64,000 nt of DNA, taken from assembly GCA_029953675.1 (NCBI GenBank), contig JAMWBK010000001.1, positions 62,001 to 126,000 of the forward strand, read 5' to 3'. Positions 1-12,015 of the stretch are shown here, one piece after another. Both the position numbers and the translations under genes were made by a program. Under the pieces are notes generated by a model that searched no databases, had not been told where the DNA came from, and was given only the letters and a program-made list of their open reading frames with translations. How positions within the stretch are numbered: position 1 is the first letter of the stretch; each line of letters begins with the position of its first letter. The stretch is from Rhodosorus marinus CCMP1338 (lineage: Eukaryota; Plantae; Rhodophyta).

Positions 1-205
1 CTTCCGGGAACGATGAATCTAACCGAGACCTCGCGGTTGACAAGTTGTATGTACAGAGTATGGAGCATAGGATTCTTCACGCTGAGGTCGGTGGGCCACA
101 TGGCCCGGCCTCCGCGTAAAAAAAGTCTGAACAAAGTGGAGGATAGGTGAGCTTCTGGCAACGTTGAATCTAACCGAAACCTTGCGGTTAACGTATTGCA
201 TGTAC
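1..205. repeat. Two imperfect ~55-bp direct repeats at 151-bp spacing
   Basis: cttccgggaacgatgaatctaaccgagacctcgcggttgacaagttgtatgtac (1-54) vs cttctggcaacgttgaatctaaccgaaaccttgcggttaacgtattgcatgtac (152-205). Each copy has an internal AACCG..CGGTT inverted pair. Confidence 0.8.
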
Positions 206-487
206 TCATACACTCTAATTCACAACAGGAACCGTCAAACTATTTAATTTCAGATATAGTTTCAGCAGTCAAAACTTCACAGTGTGGCACGCAAATTTAA
301 GCTCTAGTCGCCACTACCGTTGTCAAAGAAGTCATACGCAAACGAAGCAAAATGCGGGAGAAAGGGGCCGTCGACGAACACACCCCCAACGAAAAACCCC
401 AGGCAAAGAAACACGACCATCGGGGTGGGATGCGATCAATAGAAAGTCCAGTGTCCATCGAGGAGAGGCTTTTTGAAAAGCCTTCTT

Positions 488-1366
488 CTACGACGCGACG
501 GCCTCAGCAACCTCGGCGACGGGTTCCATTGGCGCGGCCGGTGCAGGCGGTGCAGCAACTTCTTCCATAGGAGCATCCGGCTCCATTGCCTCAACGGCCT
601 CTGCGGCAGGTGGCTTGGCGGCATCCACAGCGGCTTCCGCATCCGCCTTGAGCGATTCTACAGTAATATCCAGTTTCTCCTTGTTCTGCTCGACCATTGG
701 TTGCATCGCAGAAAGAGTCTCCGAATACTTCTTGTAGTAGTTGCCATGAGAGGCTACCAACGTAGTCCCGGCGCTCTCAAAAACAGTGGGAAGAGCTTTT
801 AGAAGATTATCCAGTCTCGCTCTAAGACGATCATGCTTGAGATCGTATTCCTGCTGTGCCATTTGCAACTTCATCTCCGTGCCTGCCTTCTTTACCTCGT
901 CGGTAATCTTAGCCAGCTTATCCGTGTACAGATCGTACTCCACTCGGGCCTTGTCATACTCAGTGAATTCAAGTCCTGTACTCTTCTTCGCTTCTCTGAT
1001 GTAGTTTTTCACTAACTCAAGTCCTTTCATAATTTCCTCACGATCGGTATCGTTCACAACCTTGCTCTCAAGATCCACCAGAGCGGCTTGCGTGGTAGGA
1101 ATAATATGTTCATCCTTCATCTCCTCGGGGATTTTCTCTGAGATTTTCCCGAAATTCGCAGATGACTTGGTTGTAGCACTCCATTCCTTGCCAGAACTCT
1201 CAATCAACTTGATCATCTTCTCCAGTGTCTTCACCGCCTTCTCGATGGACTTTTTGTCCTCGACAACCGCCTTATCATAATGAGCGGACTTGGAAGCGCC
1301 TTTGAGCCCAACGCTCTCTTCCGCCTTTCGAGCGCTGTGCTTTGCACCATGCAGACAGTTCCCCAT
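488..1366 (-). CDS. BAR-domain-like coiled-coil protein with predicted N-terminal acylation
   Basis: Intronless 292-aa ORF, helical and K/E-rich (YDKARVEYDLYTDKLAK, AQQEYDLKHDRL). MGNC start and an Ala/Pro/Glu-rich tail. The BAR call is by overall pattern only. Confidence 0.6.
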   Translation of the reverse strand: MGNCLHGAKHSARKAEESVGLKGASKSAHYDKAVVEDKKSIEKAVKTLEKMIKLIESSGKEWSATTKSSANFGKISEKIPEEMKDEHIIPTTQAALVDLESKVVNDTDREEIMKGLELVKNYIREAKKSTGLEFTEYDKARVEYDLYTDKLAKITDEVKKAGTEMKLQMAQQEYDLKHDRLRARLDNLLKALPTVFESAGTTLVASHGNYYKKYSETLSAMQPMVEQNKEKLDITVESLKADAEAAVDAAKPPAAEAVEAMEPDAPMEEVAAPPAPAAPMEPVAEVAEAVAS

Positions 1367-4300
1367 TACACCGAACTCCGATGAGAATCAACAAAGCTGA
1401 GTTGACTAATACGCTGGCAAATTCCTGACCGACCCAGAAAAACCAACCCGATTGCTTCGACACTACGTTGCCTACTCCACCTCGACTACTACCCGCGACC
1501 AGCACTATCAATGCTGTACAAGCATATGCGGGGCACTTGCTGCGTAGTCACATAAACACTCTCAATAAAAACGTTTCGATGAGGACACGAATTCTGGCCA
1601 GGAGAACCGAGTGGTCCAATTTAAATGCATCAAAATCTCATTGAGGGGCCAAATATACCCCTTACTAGAATACTATGCTCTTCAAACCAAAACAAAAAGC
1701 AGTATATCCAGAGCGCTGCGATACTCAGCACGGGGTATGAAAATTGACAATTGCGTTTAAATAGGAACAAAGGGGTGATATCATGTCACTCAGATGGTGA
1801 TCTTTTTTGGATAAAATATCGAAGTGTTGTTAGAAGATTTTTCTGGTTTCGGGCGTTCGGGAATTGGCCACAGACCCCGTGGCCATGTGTTCTGGGTTCA
1901 TACGGAGGATCCTACTTTTCTGATAAAACCTGAGCCTCGAAGGGAGAGGGGGGGAGGAGGGGGGGTGCTTTGAAGTGGATCTTCAGAGCTTCGACGTAAC
2001 CGCCGTTTCTAATTCTACCGTTATTTTCTTTATTTGTGTACTAAACGCAATTCCAACCCCACCCACCCCCCGGCCCCGTCAGATCTTTACTATAAGCTTA
2101 TGCAGCGATTGGTGTCTAACAGATGTATCTGATGGAGCATACAGGGCTCAGCTGATACGTTCCAAATATTACTGAAAAGCCAGCACTTTGCTCAGAGATG
2201 ATTGGACCTAGGAGTATACATTGAACTGATTGGATCCTTCTACTTCTAGGATATTCAAGTGAGCAACGGCAACAACAGGGAAACAACTGGTTTCGGGGAA
2301 AACGAAAAGAAGGGGTTGGGTGAAACTGGGAAATGGCCAGGAGTTTGTAAAAGCTTCTTTCTGTGCTGCGAACACTGGAGGGGCCCGACGGAATTACTCG
2401 CAGGGGGGGTCCTAGCTCAAAGGCATGAAGAACCTCTAGTCTGGACTAAACAGCTCGTCCATGAAAGAATCAGCTTTTTCGTAGTAATCGATTCGCTCTC
2501 TCGCATTCAACCCCATCAGAGTCGTCCACGAAGGTATTTCAAGTAGCGTTTTTTATAAACAACAACGTAGTTTACACAACACTCAGGCACAATTAAGCCC
2601 GGGGGGGACGCATCTCAATGATTTCACATCGCTGAGTCACCCTTTGGAAAGGTAAGAAGGTTTTGCCTTTGTTTTCGCGCGAGTGGAAGCTTCGCGAGCA
2701 GAGTCGTGCAGAAATGCTGAGTCTTGGGGTATATTACCCTACTTTAGGGGGGCGGCGAAAGGGATATAGACCATTCGTTAAAATGGTCATGAGGGCCTAG
2801 TTCAATTGAACATTTGCGGAAGTAGGACATTTCCCGCCTCAAAATAGGGAATCCTGGTGACTCTCGCTTTGGGATATTTCTCCACCTATGCGTAGATTCT
2901 CCCCCCTCCCTTTCCCCCTCACGTGCTTGATCAGAGATAGAATCTAGTTAAGCAATATTGAGCTTTTGGGAGACCGTTGAGTACAGGTGCGAATGCTTGG
3001 TGCATCAGAATGTACTGCTAAGGTATTACTTGAATGACTGGCATAGATAAGGAACCTCCTCTTCAGAAGGTTCGCGTTCCCTATCGATATCGAGGAAGCT
3101 CGACCCTGGTCTTGGTTGCTTCGTTCATCTATGTCTGAAGGTTCTTGTACAGCGGTCTGGACCAGTCAGTTAGCTCATCCACTCGCGTGCATATCCGTAG
3201 AACAAGCGGGTTTGTTCGTAACGCTTCTTCTCGATCCTAAAAAGACCATCCGAACTTTATCTAGCTACTTTGACATAGCAGCTTCGCTTCCAAATAGACC
3301 CACTTAGCGTCTACCTACATCCCCCTCGAAGTCCTTAAATGAGTCACTTCTTGGATCAATCGCGTGCAGGATAGCGATCAACCACACTAGGTTGAAGTGA
3401 TTTGGGGCGTCTTGTGCTACCCACAAAAAAGCAGTGGTCTAACAACAGATTCAGCGCCTTGCGTGGTCCTGTTGAAGATTCCGACAGCCCATATTCTCCT
3501 TGTTTAGGGCTTTCCGCAGGACCTCATGGCCTCACTAATCTTGGACGAATGGAGGCGATGAGCAAACGCGGTACCTGTTCACGGCTTCAATTGTGTCACA
3601 CCCATTGCTTCTGTAGCCGCGATCGAGTACTCGCTAGCCAAGAAAGGAAGGCCGTTTCAACCACATCACCTAGAAAGGGCTATTTCTGTGCGTGAGGACA
3701 TACAACTAGTTGTAGGTCTCCACAAATGGGCACGTGCGTGTGGGGTTTCCGTCCTGGCGTCGGGTCAAGAACCAGTCCTCGTTGCTCTGCCGAAAGCGTT
3801 CTTCTCTTGACTTGCTAGGGGTGTCTAAAGTCTTCAGCTTCTTACTCTGCATCCGCCCTCAGCTTTTGCTTGTGTAGTCTGATCATATCGTCGATGGTAC
3901 CCTTCGGCGTGCGTTGTCAGAGCTGGAGTAAACTCTGGATATTTCATGAGCCCCTTAAGCTCGCATAATACGAGCGAAGAATTATCCAACTATATCCTTG
4001 CGCTCCAAAGGATGGCTGGCCTGAGTCAGCGGGGAGCTGCCAGGCAAACAGGTTTGAAACCTCGAAGCTCTTCGGCAAATGTCTTCGAAAGAAAATATCA
4101 AAATCCATCGAATGGATGAACAACAAACTACTGGGTTTCCAAATAGTTTTCAAAATATTATAATTATCCGTACGTTCGACACTCTGGAAGTCGAAATTCA
4201 CAAACCCCCCCCTGTCATGAAAATCACACCTTTGACCAGTTCTCTCAACCCCATAGAAAGAAGAAGAGTCTTCGTCAAGGATATCAAATTCTTTTGAAGC

Positions 4301-5007
4301 AACGGCAATTTACCCATTTTTGCAATTGGGAATGCGCTTGTTCAAGGTGGGGTTCGCCCGTTCGCTTTTAGGTCCATCTCTTTTCGTGACGCTCCCAGTT
4401 GACAGGTTGCAATAGTAGAGCAATACATCAGTGCTGTTGCCACGACAGTCACCGATATATTCAGTCCATGACATCTGCTTTTGTTAAAAATCAGAGCTGT
4501 TATTTAGTCAGTGTTATCAGACAGACTGAAAACGATATGACGGCATGAATTCTGTCAATTTTCCGTCTCCGAGTTTCACCATGCAAAAAAGGTCAAACTG
4601 TCGCAAACATCAGTCTTTATAAAAGATTGATACTTTCGAGAAAAAATAGAATTATAATAAATATTCAGTCATTATTAGAATAAGATTGCAGTTACCCGTG
4701 ACTCTTACCTGTACTATTTGCCCGATGTTTACGGTATTGTTTCGCTCCTCGCAAATGCCGTCAACGGAGAAAACCAAGGCTAGAAGCTTCTTAAGGAGGC
4801 CAGCCGGGCCAGGGTTTTCACGGAAAGGGTGAAGCGATTTTCGGGCTACACTGTGGCGGGTGGAGAGTGTGCGTTGTAACCAGAAGGTTGTTGGGGGTCA
4901 TTCGAGTAGATGGTCGGAAGCCATACTTCGTGAGAAAGAGCGTTTTGTGACGTCGAGTTTTTGCTAGTACACGGCTTGTTCTGTTCGTTTCTGTTGAGGT
5001 TTTCGGC

Positions 5008-5673
5008 ATGGCGTTTGTGTCGACCATTCGTGTTGCTCCGACAAAAATCGGTGATGCGTCTATTTGCGGGATTAAAAGGTCGTCGAGGAAGATCACCAGG
5101 GGTCCCAGCAAATGCAAACTAAGAATGACAGCAACAGAACCCGTGACAGACACTGTCCAGGAGACGGTCGAGGTGGAAGAAGAAGTGGGGGAAGATTTTA
5201 AAGTAAAGCTTTTGTATGACGGGGAATGTCCTATCTGCATGCGGGAGGTAGTTTTCTTGATGAAAAAGGACGCGGGTAGGGGTTTCATCTCGTTTGTTGA
5301 TATATCTGACGAGAACTATGACCCAGCACAGAATGCTAACATTTCATGGGAAAAGGCGATGGGGAGAATACATGCCGTACTTCCGGATGGGTCCGTCGTC
5401 ACAGGTGTGAAGGTATTCCAGAAAACATATGATGTGATTGGACTTGGCTGGCTTTTCGAAGCTACAAAGCTGCCTGTTGTTGGAAATATTGCTGACGGCG
5501 TGTACGACGTCTGGGCCAAGTATAGACTGCGCATTACAGGAAGACGAGACCTGGAACAGCTGATACAGGAAAAGGAGGAAATTGCAAGGCAACTTGCGGA
5601 GGATGAAGATTGTGAAGATACGTGTAGAGCAGAATACGAGGACGAAGAGGAAGCCGATATTGGCTTATCTTGA
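5008..5673 (+). CDS. DUF393 / DCC1-like thiol-disulfide oxidoreductase, probably plastid-targeted
   Basis: LLYDGECPICMREV (DGxCxxC) motif, IHAVLPDG and FVDIS motifs; MAFVS transit-peptide-like N-terminus. Confidence 0.88.
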   Translation: MAFVSTIRVAPTKIGDASICGIKRSSRKITRGPSKCKLRMTATEPVTDTVQETVEVEEEVGEDFKVKLLYDGECPICMREVVFLMKKDAGRGFISFVDISDENYDPAQNANISWEKAMGRIHAVLPDGSVVTGVKVFQKTYDVIGLGWLFEATKLPVVGNIADGVYDVWAKYRLRITGRRDLEQLIQEKEEIARQLAEDEDCEDTCRAEYEDEEEADIGLS

Positions 5674-5781
5674 GGTTGCTAGAAGGACGGGTTTTTTTTC
5701 GAGCAGGCGTTCAATCGTCGCCCTTCTGTCTGGGATTGGCCAAGACGGATTGCACTTCTCTCTGATCACCGGAGCTCTAAA

Positions 5782-6052
5782 CGGTCTAGAGTTGTTGACG
5801 GCCAGTTGTAGGATCTTCCTGCAGTAAAATAGTTTTCTTAGGTTTGATGGATTGAGAGAGCATCGTTGGCTCTTTATCTAGCGACCGCCGCCGCAACTGC
5901 TACGCTTCAGACCAGTTCGGTCTAGAGTTTTTCACGGCCAGTTGTACAACTTCCTGCAGTAAAATGGTTTTCTTAGGTTTAATGGATTGAGAGAGCAACG
6001 TTGGCTCTTTATGTAGCGAACACCCGGCAACTAGTGCGCTTCAGACCAGTTC
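5782..6052. repeat. Tandem duplication, ~136-bp unit x2
   Basis: Units start cggtctagagtt at 5782 and 5918 and share cttcctgcagtaaaat..gttttcttaggttt..atggattgagagagca..cgttggctcttta..cgcttcagaccagttc. Confidence 0.9.
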
Positions 6053-6386
6053 ATACTCAACTTTACGAATGTGAGAACTCTGTTTTGGGCCTCAGCTTTG
6101 TTGGAATCGACCTCACGTCGGGTTCTTAAATGAACAAGTACCAAGCTGTAAGACACGCGGAGTGAGTCTCAGTCTGCTCGCCCTCATCCCTCAACAGGAC
6201 ATCCCTCAATTGGTCCGAATGAATTCGTAGGATCCACCCACTTTTGCTGACAGACAAACAACGTTTAACAACTCTGATTTTTGCTTTTATCCACCTTTGC
6301 TTACGTCCTCATTGGACTTTTGGTTTTTGTAGGGGGGGTTCCCTCTATCTCAACAAGTTAAAGAATACTTTCCGTGGGAGATCTAT

Positions 6387-7518
6387 TTAAACTTGCATTC
6401 TCTTAGCCTCCTCAGCTGCTAATGCCTTCTGAGCCTTCGCTTCCTTGTGTTGTGACTTTATTCCCAGGATACCACCACCCCAAACCTTGCGAACATCATC
6501 ATACTTATCATTGTAGGATGCTCTGACGGACTGCACGAGTTTCGCAAACTCAGGCTTGTCCTCCGATTTAACAGTCGTGAATGCAAGTGCTGCAGCAGTC
6601 TTCTTATGGACGACCTTGCCTAGCCTTGCTTTCGACTGGATTTATCCAAGCGAACGAGGATAACGATTAGATCAACTTCAGCTTCTCCTTCGCTTTTTAA
6701 GGTTCAGTACAGTGCATGACATACCTTAACAATGCAATATGGTACGTCCATCTTCTTGCATAAAGTTGGCAGCCAAACGACAAGCTCGATCGGTTCGACG
6801 TCATGTGCAATCACCACGAGAGTAGCCTTCTTCGACTCGACCAGGTCGACAATATGATTAAGGCCGTACTTTACAACGATCGGCTTCTTCGTCGTCTCTC
6901 CGCTACCACCCTCTGCCTTGGACTCCGCAAGCGTATTCAACCGGTCACGCTTTTGCGCCCTGTCCTCTGGACGATGCTTGTTCAGAATCTTCAACAGCTG
7001 CGTGGTCATGTTCTTGTCCATAGTCCTGGTGAACTGCGTCAGCGCTGGCGGAACCTTCAACCTCTGCAGCAAAATCTTCCTCTGTCTCTGCAGCCTCACA
7101 TACTGGGGCCACTTAACATATCGGGACAGGTCCCTTCTCGGCTGTACCGCCTGGCCGATTCCGAAGTTTCTACAGTGCGCACAAAAACAAAAGTTTTTAA
7201 ACACACTTCCCCAAAGGAAGCCGAAAAAGGAGATCTGACCGGTCGGCTCCTCTCTATCAGGCCCGGACTACAAGAATTTACCTTGGTCGCTTCTCGAACA
7301 GCGGGTTCTTCGGTGTCTTCCCTGCAGCCTTGCGCACGGCCAACGGTGCTGGCGCAACCTTCTTGCCCTTGCTCTTGGATTTTGCAGGCTATCGTACACA
7401 CGAAAAATGGCAAGACAGTGTTCATTTCAGAATTTCGTCATTCCAAAACGCCACCGTTCGGCCCGCTCCGTCCCCATCAAAAGCAAAGCTGAACGTGAAA
7501 CCCAGGATAACTCACCAT
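6387..7518 (-). CDS. RPL7A: 60S ribosomal protein L7a (eL8), 4 exons
   Basis: Exons 7518-7516 (ATG), 7388-7282, 7169-6725 and 6635-6387, with GT-AG introns of 127, 112 and 89 bp. Motifs: [61 protein letters not shown]. Confidence 0.97.
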
Positions 7519-8461
7519 CGCGTCCGAATTGCTTCACCTAGTTAAAGTTTTACAACGAGCGCTCACTGCTCGCCTTTATTGTTTCACCTCCTACCCCCAC
7601 AAGCTCCCTTCTCCGAAACCCGACCGCTCTCAAAGTCTTCCCCCTCACGTCTACTCACTCTGTCCGGTCGCCTTATTCAAAGCGCGGCAGCGAATTTTCG
7701 CCGGCCTTGGCAATGCCCTCAATTTTGCTCGCATGATCGCCGACGACGACGATCGAAAATCAACAAAAATGAAAATTTTCTAGTGACCGGAACAACCAGT
7801 GGATGGCGGAGGTCTAATTCAGGAACATGTGCTCTTTACTTAGATATTTTAGTATCATAGTGTTCATAATATAGAATTATTGCTTCCTGGTGACTCAAGA
7901 GCCAGATCATTCTCCCTAAGTGATTTCTAATTATGGGAGAAACTTCACAATTTCCTCTTGTTCTTGGCCTTTTTGGAGAGATGGATTCCGGACAAGCTTA
8001 TTAAAGACAGATAAGAGCATAATATTGACGAATCTTGAGCGTTATTTAGAACCAAATCCATCCAGAAATTGCTCAGTTGCGCGCACGTACATATTTCACG
8101 ACCGAGCTCCACAACTTCAATCAGCCGGTTTCAGCTGGGCCTGCGACGCGAGGGGGCCAGATGTCCCGATACAAATGCGGTGAACGACGAGCGCAGGTAA
8201 GCTAAGCTGAGGGGATCTACGGGGTGTGTACGGCGGGGTCTGAACAGCACACGTTTGAAACCTTCGATTGGTTGCCCCACTACGGAGTAGCGGAGAATCC
8301 ACACGGAGACATACTTTGCCGTAGGTGAGCGGAGGTTTTCTGCTGTTTTCGGCTGTTTAACATTGTCGTTCGTGAAAAGCGCGCGTGTGCGAGGGGAACT
8401 TGCGGGGGGTTGGGAGCCCTGGCTCTACTGCTCTTCGAAAGGGAGATTTGGTTGTTCTAGT

Positions 8462-8869
8462 ATGGTTGGGAGGAGGAAACCAGTGAAGAGTGTGCGGTCG
8501 CCTGGCGTTAAGACAGACGCCCTGAATGTGACAAAGTCTCGCGGCCAGAGGAAGCGCATGGAAAAAAAGCAGCGTCTGGTGAGAAGAAGGGCGCTTGGTA
8601 TAAAAAAGAAGGACGAAAAGGACGCTCCTTTTCGCTTCAAATCGATTAAGGACGAATTAGGGAACGTTGATAGTGGTGCGATGGCCGAAGAGGTCGAGAA
8701 GAAGGAAAAAGCCAGACAGTGGCACTCGAGTGGATCGCAGAGGGGTCTTCGGAAGACATTGATGGAAGAGAAGTTGCAGATCATGTCAGTACTCAACCAC
8801 CAGGTGTTCAAACAAGAGCCGATCGCTTCCATTCAGGCTCACCTTTCATTTACTCAAGGCAAAAGCTGA
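8462..8869 (+). CDS. Small basic protein, SLX9/FAM207A-like ribosome biogenesis factor
   Basis: ATG at 8462. K/R-rich (KSRGQRKRMEKKQRLVRRR). C-terminal VFKQEPIASIQAHL resembles the Slx9 F..NP..AI..HL ending. Confidence 0.5.
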   Translation: MVGRRKPVKSVRSPGVKTDALNVTKSRGQRKRMEKKQRLVRRRALGIKKKDEKDAPFRFKSIKDELGNVDSGAMAEEVEKKEKARQWHSSGSQRGLRKTLMEEKLQIMSVLNHQVFKQEPIASIQAHLSFTQGKS

Positions 8870-9103
8870 CCTCGAAGGGAATAGAGCCTCCACGCAGAGG
8901 CTATTGACTATTTATCAAGGAAAGATATGAATATGTATTGAAACCCATCAAAAACGCATCAGGAGCATATAACAGCAGAAGAAGCCCCCTTTCCCCGTCC
9001 AGGGACACCCACTCGTCGTTGCTAGCTTTCCAGCAAGCCTAACGGAAAGTGTCCTCTTACCAGATATTCGTAATGGGGGGTTAAGGTTATGTTAGTCTGG
9101 GCT

Positions 9104-9443
9104 CATAACCTCTCAGCAATTCAATGTTGTGGCACCCAGTATTCGCCTGTTCTGGTCAGTTTCCCTCTCGTGTCCAACTACCAAAATGTCGTCGACATAC
9201 CTCACTTCGTCAGCTGCGGCTTGCCGCAGTCATCCCTGCTATCCGGTAGCGTGTTCTCTGCCGTTGGCCCGCAAGGTCGATGCTTCAAACAGCTGAGAAA
9301 GGAAGCATTTGTCTTTGGTTGAGAAGGGGCTATCGTCGTGGACCGCGTTGACGAAATTTTTTGTAGTTGGACATAAGGAGGAAACTGACTAAAACAGAGG
9401 AATACAGTGGGCACGCACTACAATGAATTTCTCAGAGGTTGTG
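9104..9443. repeat. Imperfect long inverted repeat (foldback/MITE-like), ~90-bp arms
   Basis: Left arm aacctctcagcaattcaatgttgt..gtcagtttccctctcgtgtccaactaccaaaatgtcgtcgac (9107-9196) matches the reverse complement of 9347-9440 (aacctctgagaaattcattgtagt..gtcagtttcctccttatgtccaactacaaaaaatttcgtcaac). Spacer ~150 bp. Confidence 0.8.
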
Positions 9444-10213
9444 CGTTGGGGTGGTGGTGGGGTGCCTTACAGTTCTCATGATCGCCCAAAAATTACTGGA
9501 CACACTACGCTGCGTGTTGAACATCTATTCACCAATCCTAGCACACAGCCTCCTTCTATTGGCGATGGCATTGGAACCAATAGGCATTTTCCCCAATGAA
9601 ACTGGAAAATGTTCACGTGTTATCCAATTACAGTTGGTCAAACCATAGTCAAACAGGAATATGGCGTTCATAACCTAAAAGAAGTTTTTTTCTGATGTTA
9701 GAAGCGGAGACCTTCTACGCACAAAACTAATTTTTCTCCGGATAATCAAGAACAGCGTTCTCACGAATATGTGGTAAGGAATATGTTTTTGAGGTTGGAT
9801 CAAGCTGCTACGGGAAGGAATCCATTTCAACGAGCCAAAAATTCCAGATTAAGAAAGTATGATCTAGATTCAGGAGCGCAGTTTTAAAATTGTAGTATAA
9901 ATAATAGCTTCTCCTGTGGCCTATAGAAAGTAAGTCTTTCGATTTTTCTACTCATATATTAGCTGAGACATATCAACAGCGTCATCTTGTTGCCTTTATT
10001 TGACTGAGGACGGGCCCTCTTCGGAAGACTATATCTAGTAGAAATGTACTTTTCCTAGGAAGTGCAAGCGTATAAACAGAGGACTTACCGGGAACAACCG
10101 CTGACTTGCAGGGAGAGAACAGCAGGTTGCAGCCCGAAGAGATGCAGGTATTCCTATCATAAAGCGGACGCATCTCGTTGTCCCCGTTCAGTTCATATTT
10201 TCTTCGTGGAAAA

Positions 10214-10675
10214 ATGGAGTTGGGTTTTGTTGTGGGGAGCGTAGGGGCTTTGAGCCGGCGCGGGCCATGTTTGGTAAATGGCAGACGAGCAGTAGTGGTA
10301 TGTGCCGCAGAGGGCGGTAAGAGCAAGGCTGACAAGGCTACGGATTTGATGAAGATATACGGGGGTTCCTACCTGGCGACGTCGATTTCTACCTCCGTCG
10401 TTTCCTTGGCAACCTTCTACTTCGCTATTGAAGCAGGTTTTGACGTCCCTTCGATGGTTAACTCGTTTGGGGATTGGTTGGCAACAACACCGCTTGGGAG
10501 GCCTGCTGTATTGGAGCAAGTGAACCCGTCCATGGGAACATTTGCTTTGGCGTACATTGCACATAAAGCCACATCCCCTGCTCGCTTTCCGCTTGTTGTA
10601 GCAGCAGTTCCGTACGTCGCGAAGTTCTTCAAGAAGTCCGATACTGAGAAAGACCCTAGTTCCGAGATCAAGTAA
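10214..10675 (+). CDS. DUF1279 / FAM210-like organellar membrane protein
   Basis: ATG at 10214. Motifs YG..LATSISTSVVSLATFYFAI..GFDV and GTFALAYIAHKATSPARFPL; presequence-like N-terminus. Confidence 0.8.
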   Translation: MELGFVVGSVGALSRRGPCLVNGRRAVVVCAAEGGKSKADKATDLMKIYGGSYLATSISTSVVSLATFYFAIEAGFDVPSMVNSFGDWLATTPLGRPAVLEQVNPSMGTFALAYIAHKATSPARFPLVVAAVPYVAKFFKKSDTEKDPSSEIK

Positions 10676-11488
10676 ACTGAAACTCCGCCTAACAAGATTC
10701 TTGATCTAACACCTCTGAATTCGCCCGCGAGAAAGCTGACGAGAATGCTTAGAAGCAATTTTTGCGCGTTCAGGTCCAAACACATAACTCTGTGAAAGGA
10801 CAACGTGAAAGAACGTCCATTCCAACTAGCACCCGGCGGCTCTTTCCTTGGACAGCTCATTGAGCGCAAATTAATTTTCTCATGGGCATGGTTAAACAAT
10901 CTTTGTTCAGCTAACACCTGAAAGGTTTGGGGGTTTGCACACTCCGTTTTGTCCGCCATGACCATAGCTCCCCTTTTAAATCGCCTTCGGATAACTTATG
11001 GTCACACACGACTGCAACACGTTTTGGTTCTTCCAGGATTCATGATTCGGCTTGTGTACGGAACTGAACTTGAAATTTGTCTCAGTGTCACATGACTTTC
11101 AAATGATCCGTGCGGCAAGCGAGTGTCGCAGTTCTGCTGAAAGCAAGCTGAAACCGATCGAACGTCGAGAACGAAAGCTGGACTCTCGAGGCTGGGGCGA
11201 GTGGATATCCGACAATATCTGGTTCGACGTCCAACCGTCCGTCGTGGGAAAGCTCGGCAGGGCAGCGTCCATGGAGGTGGGCCATCGCCAGACAAGTTGG
11301 AACAGCAGAAAAAGGCTTGCTCGACTTGTTTCGAAAATACACCTGATGGGATAACTATACTCCCCAACGCTCGCGAGGGCTATGTCTGGCTATATCTAAA
11401 CTCTCTTCATTTTAGTTTCATACTGATCTGCTCCTCAATAAAATCCGTCTCACAAAAGGGGGTGTTAAAGGTGTTGTTCAGGGTCTCG

Positions 11489-12015
11489 TCAATAGAAGAA
11501 TCCCAGGATCTTCCCTCCAGTATGCTTTCTACGGGCCTCCTCATGGTCCATGATTCCGTAGGATGTAGAAAGAATGATGTATCCGAACTGGCGACTTGGG
11601 AGGAGGTTGTTTACCCACTTTTCAATTTCCTTGACCGAGATGTCGTATCTCGGAGAGATGACTCTGCACTTGTTCAGCCTTCCGGTCAAGATTACTACGA
11701 CCTTTCCGCCACGATGATCATCTACAAACTCAAACTCTCCTATGTATCCTAAGAAAACGAAAGTAATGAAGCGGTGGTAAGCCCCCAAAATGAAGAGGAG
11801 GAACACTCGATCCACATTCGGGACCAGCGATAGGTATGACACCTCGTTCCCTCCCGAATAGAACACGGTAGCACAAACTTACCATGCTTTTGCATCACCT
11901 GCAAGAATTTGATCACCACCTTAGAAGACGGCCTGATCAAAACCTGCCTCTTTCCCTTTTTCTCCGCATTTGACAAAGTCTTGAGCGAATCCGCAAGAAC
12001 ACTCATACGCACCAT
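11489..12015 (-). CDS. RPS15A: 40S ribosomal protein S15a (uS8), 2 exons
   Basis: Exons 12015-11883 and 11748-11489 (134-bp GT-AG intron). [53 protein letters not shown]. Confidence 0.97.

Noticed and set aside
6803-7492. 229-aa plus-strand ORF
   Set aside because: Antisense shadow of RPL7A.
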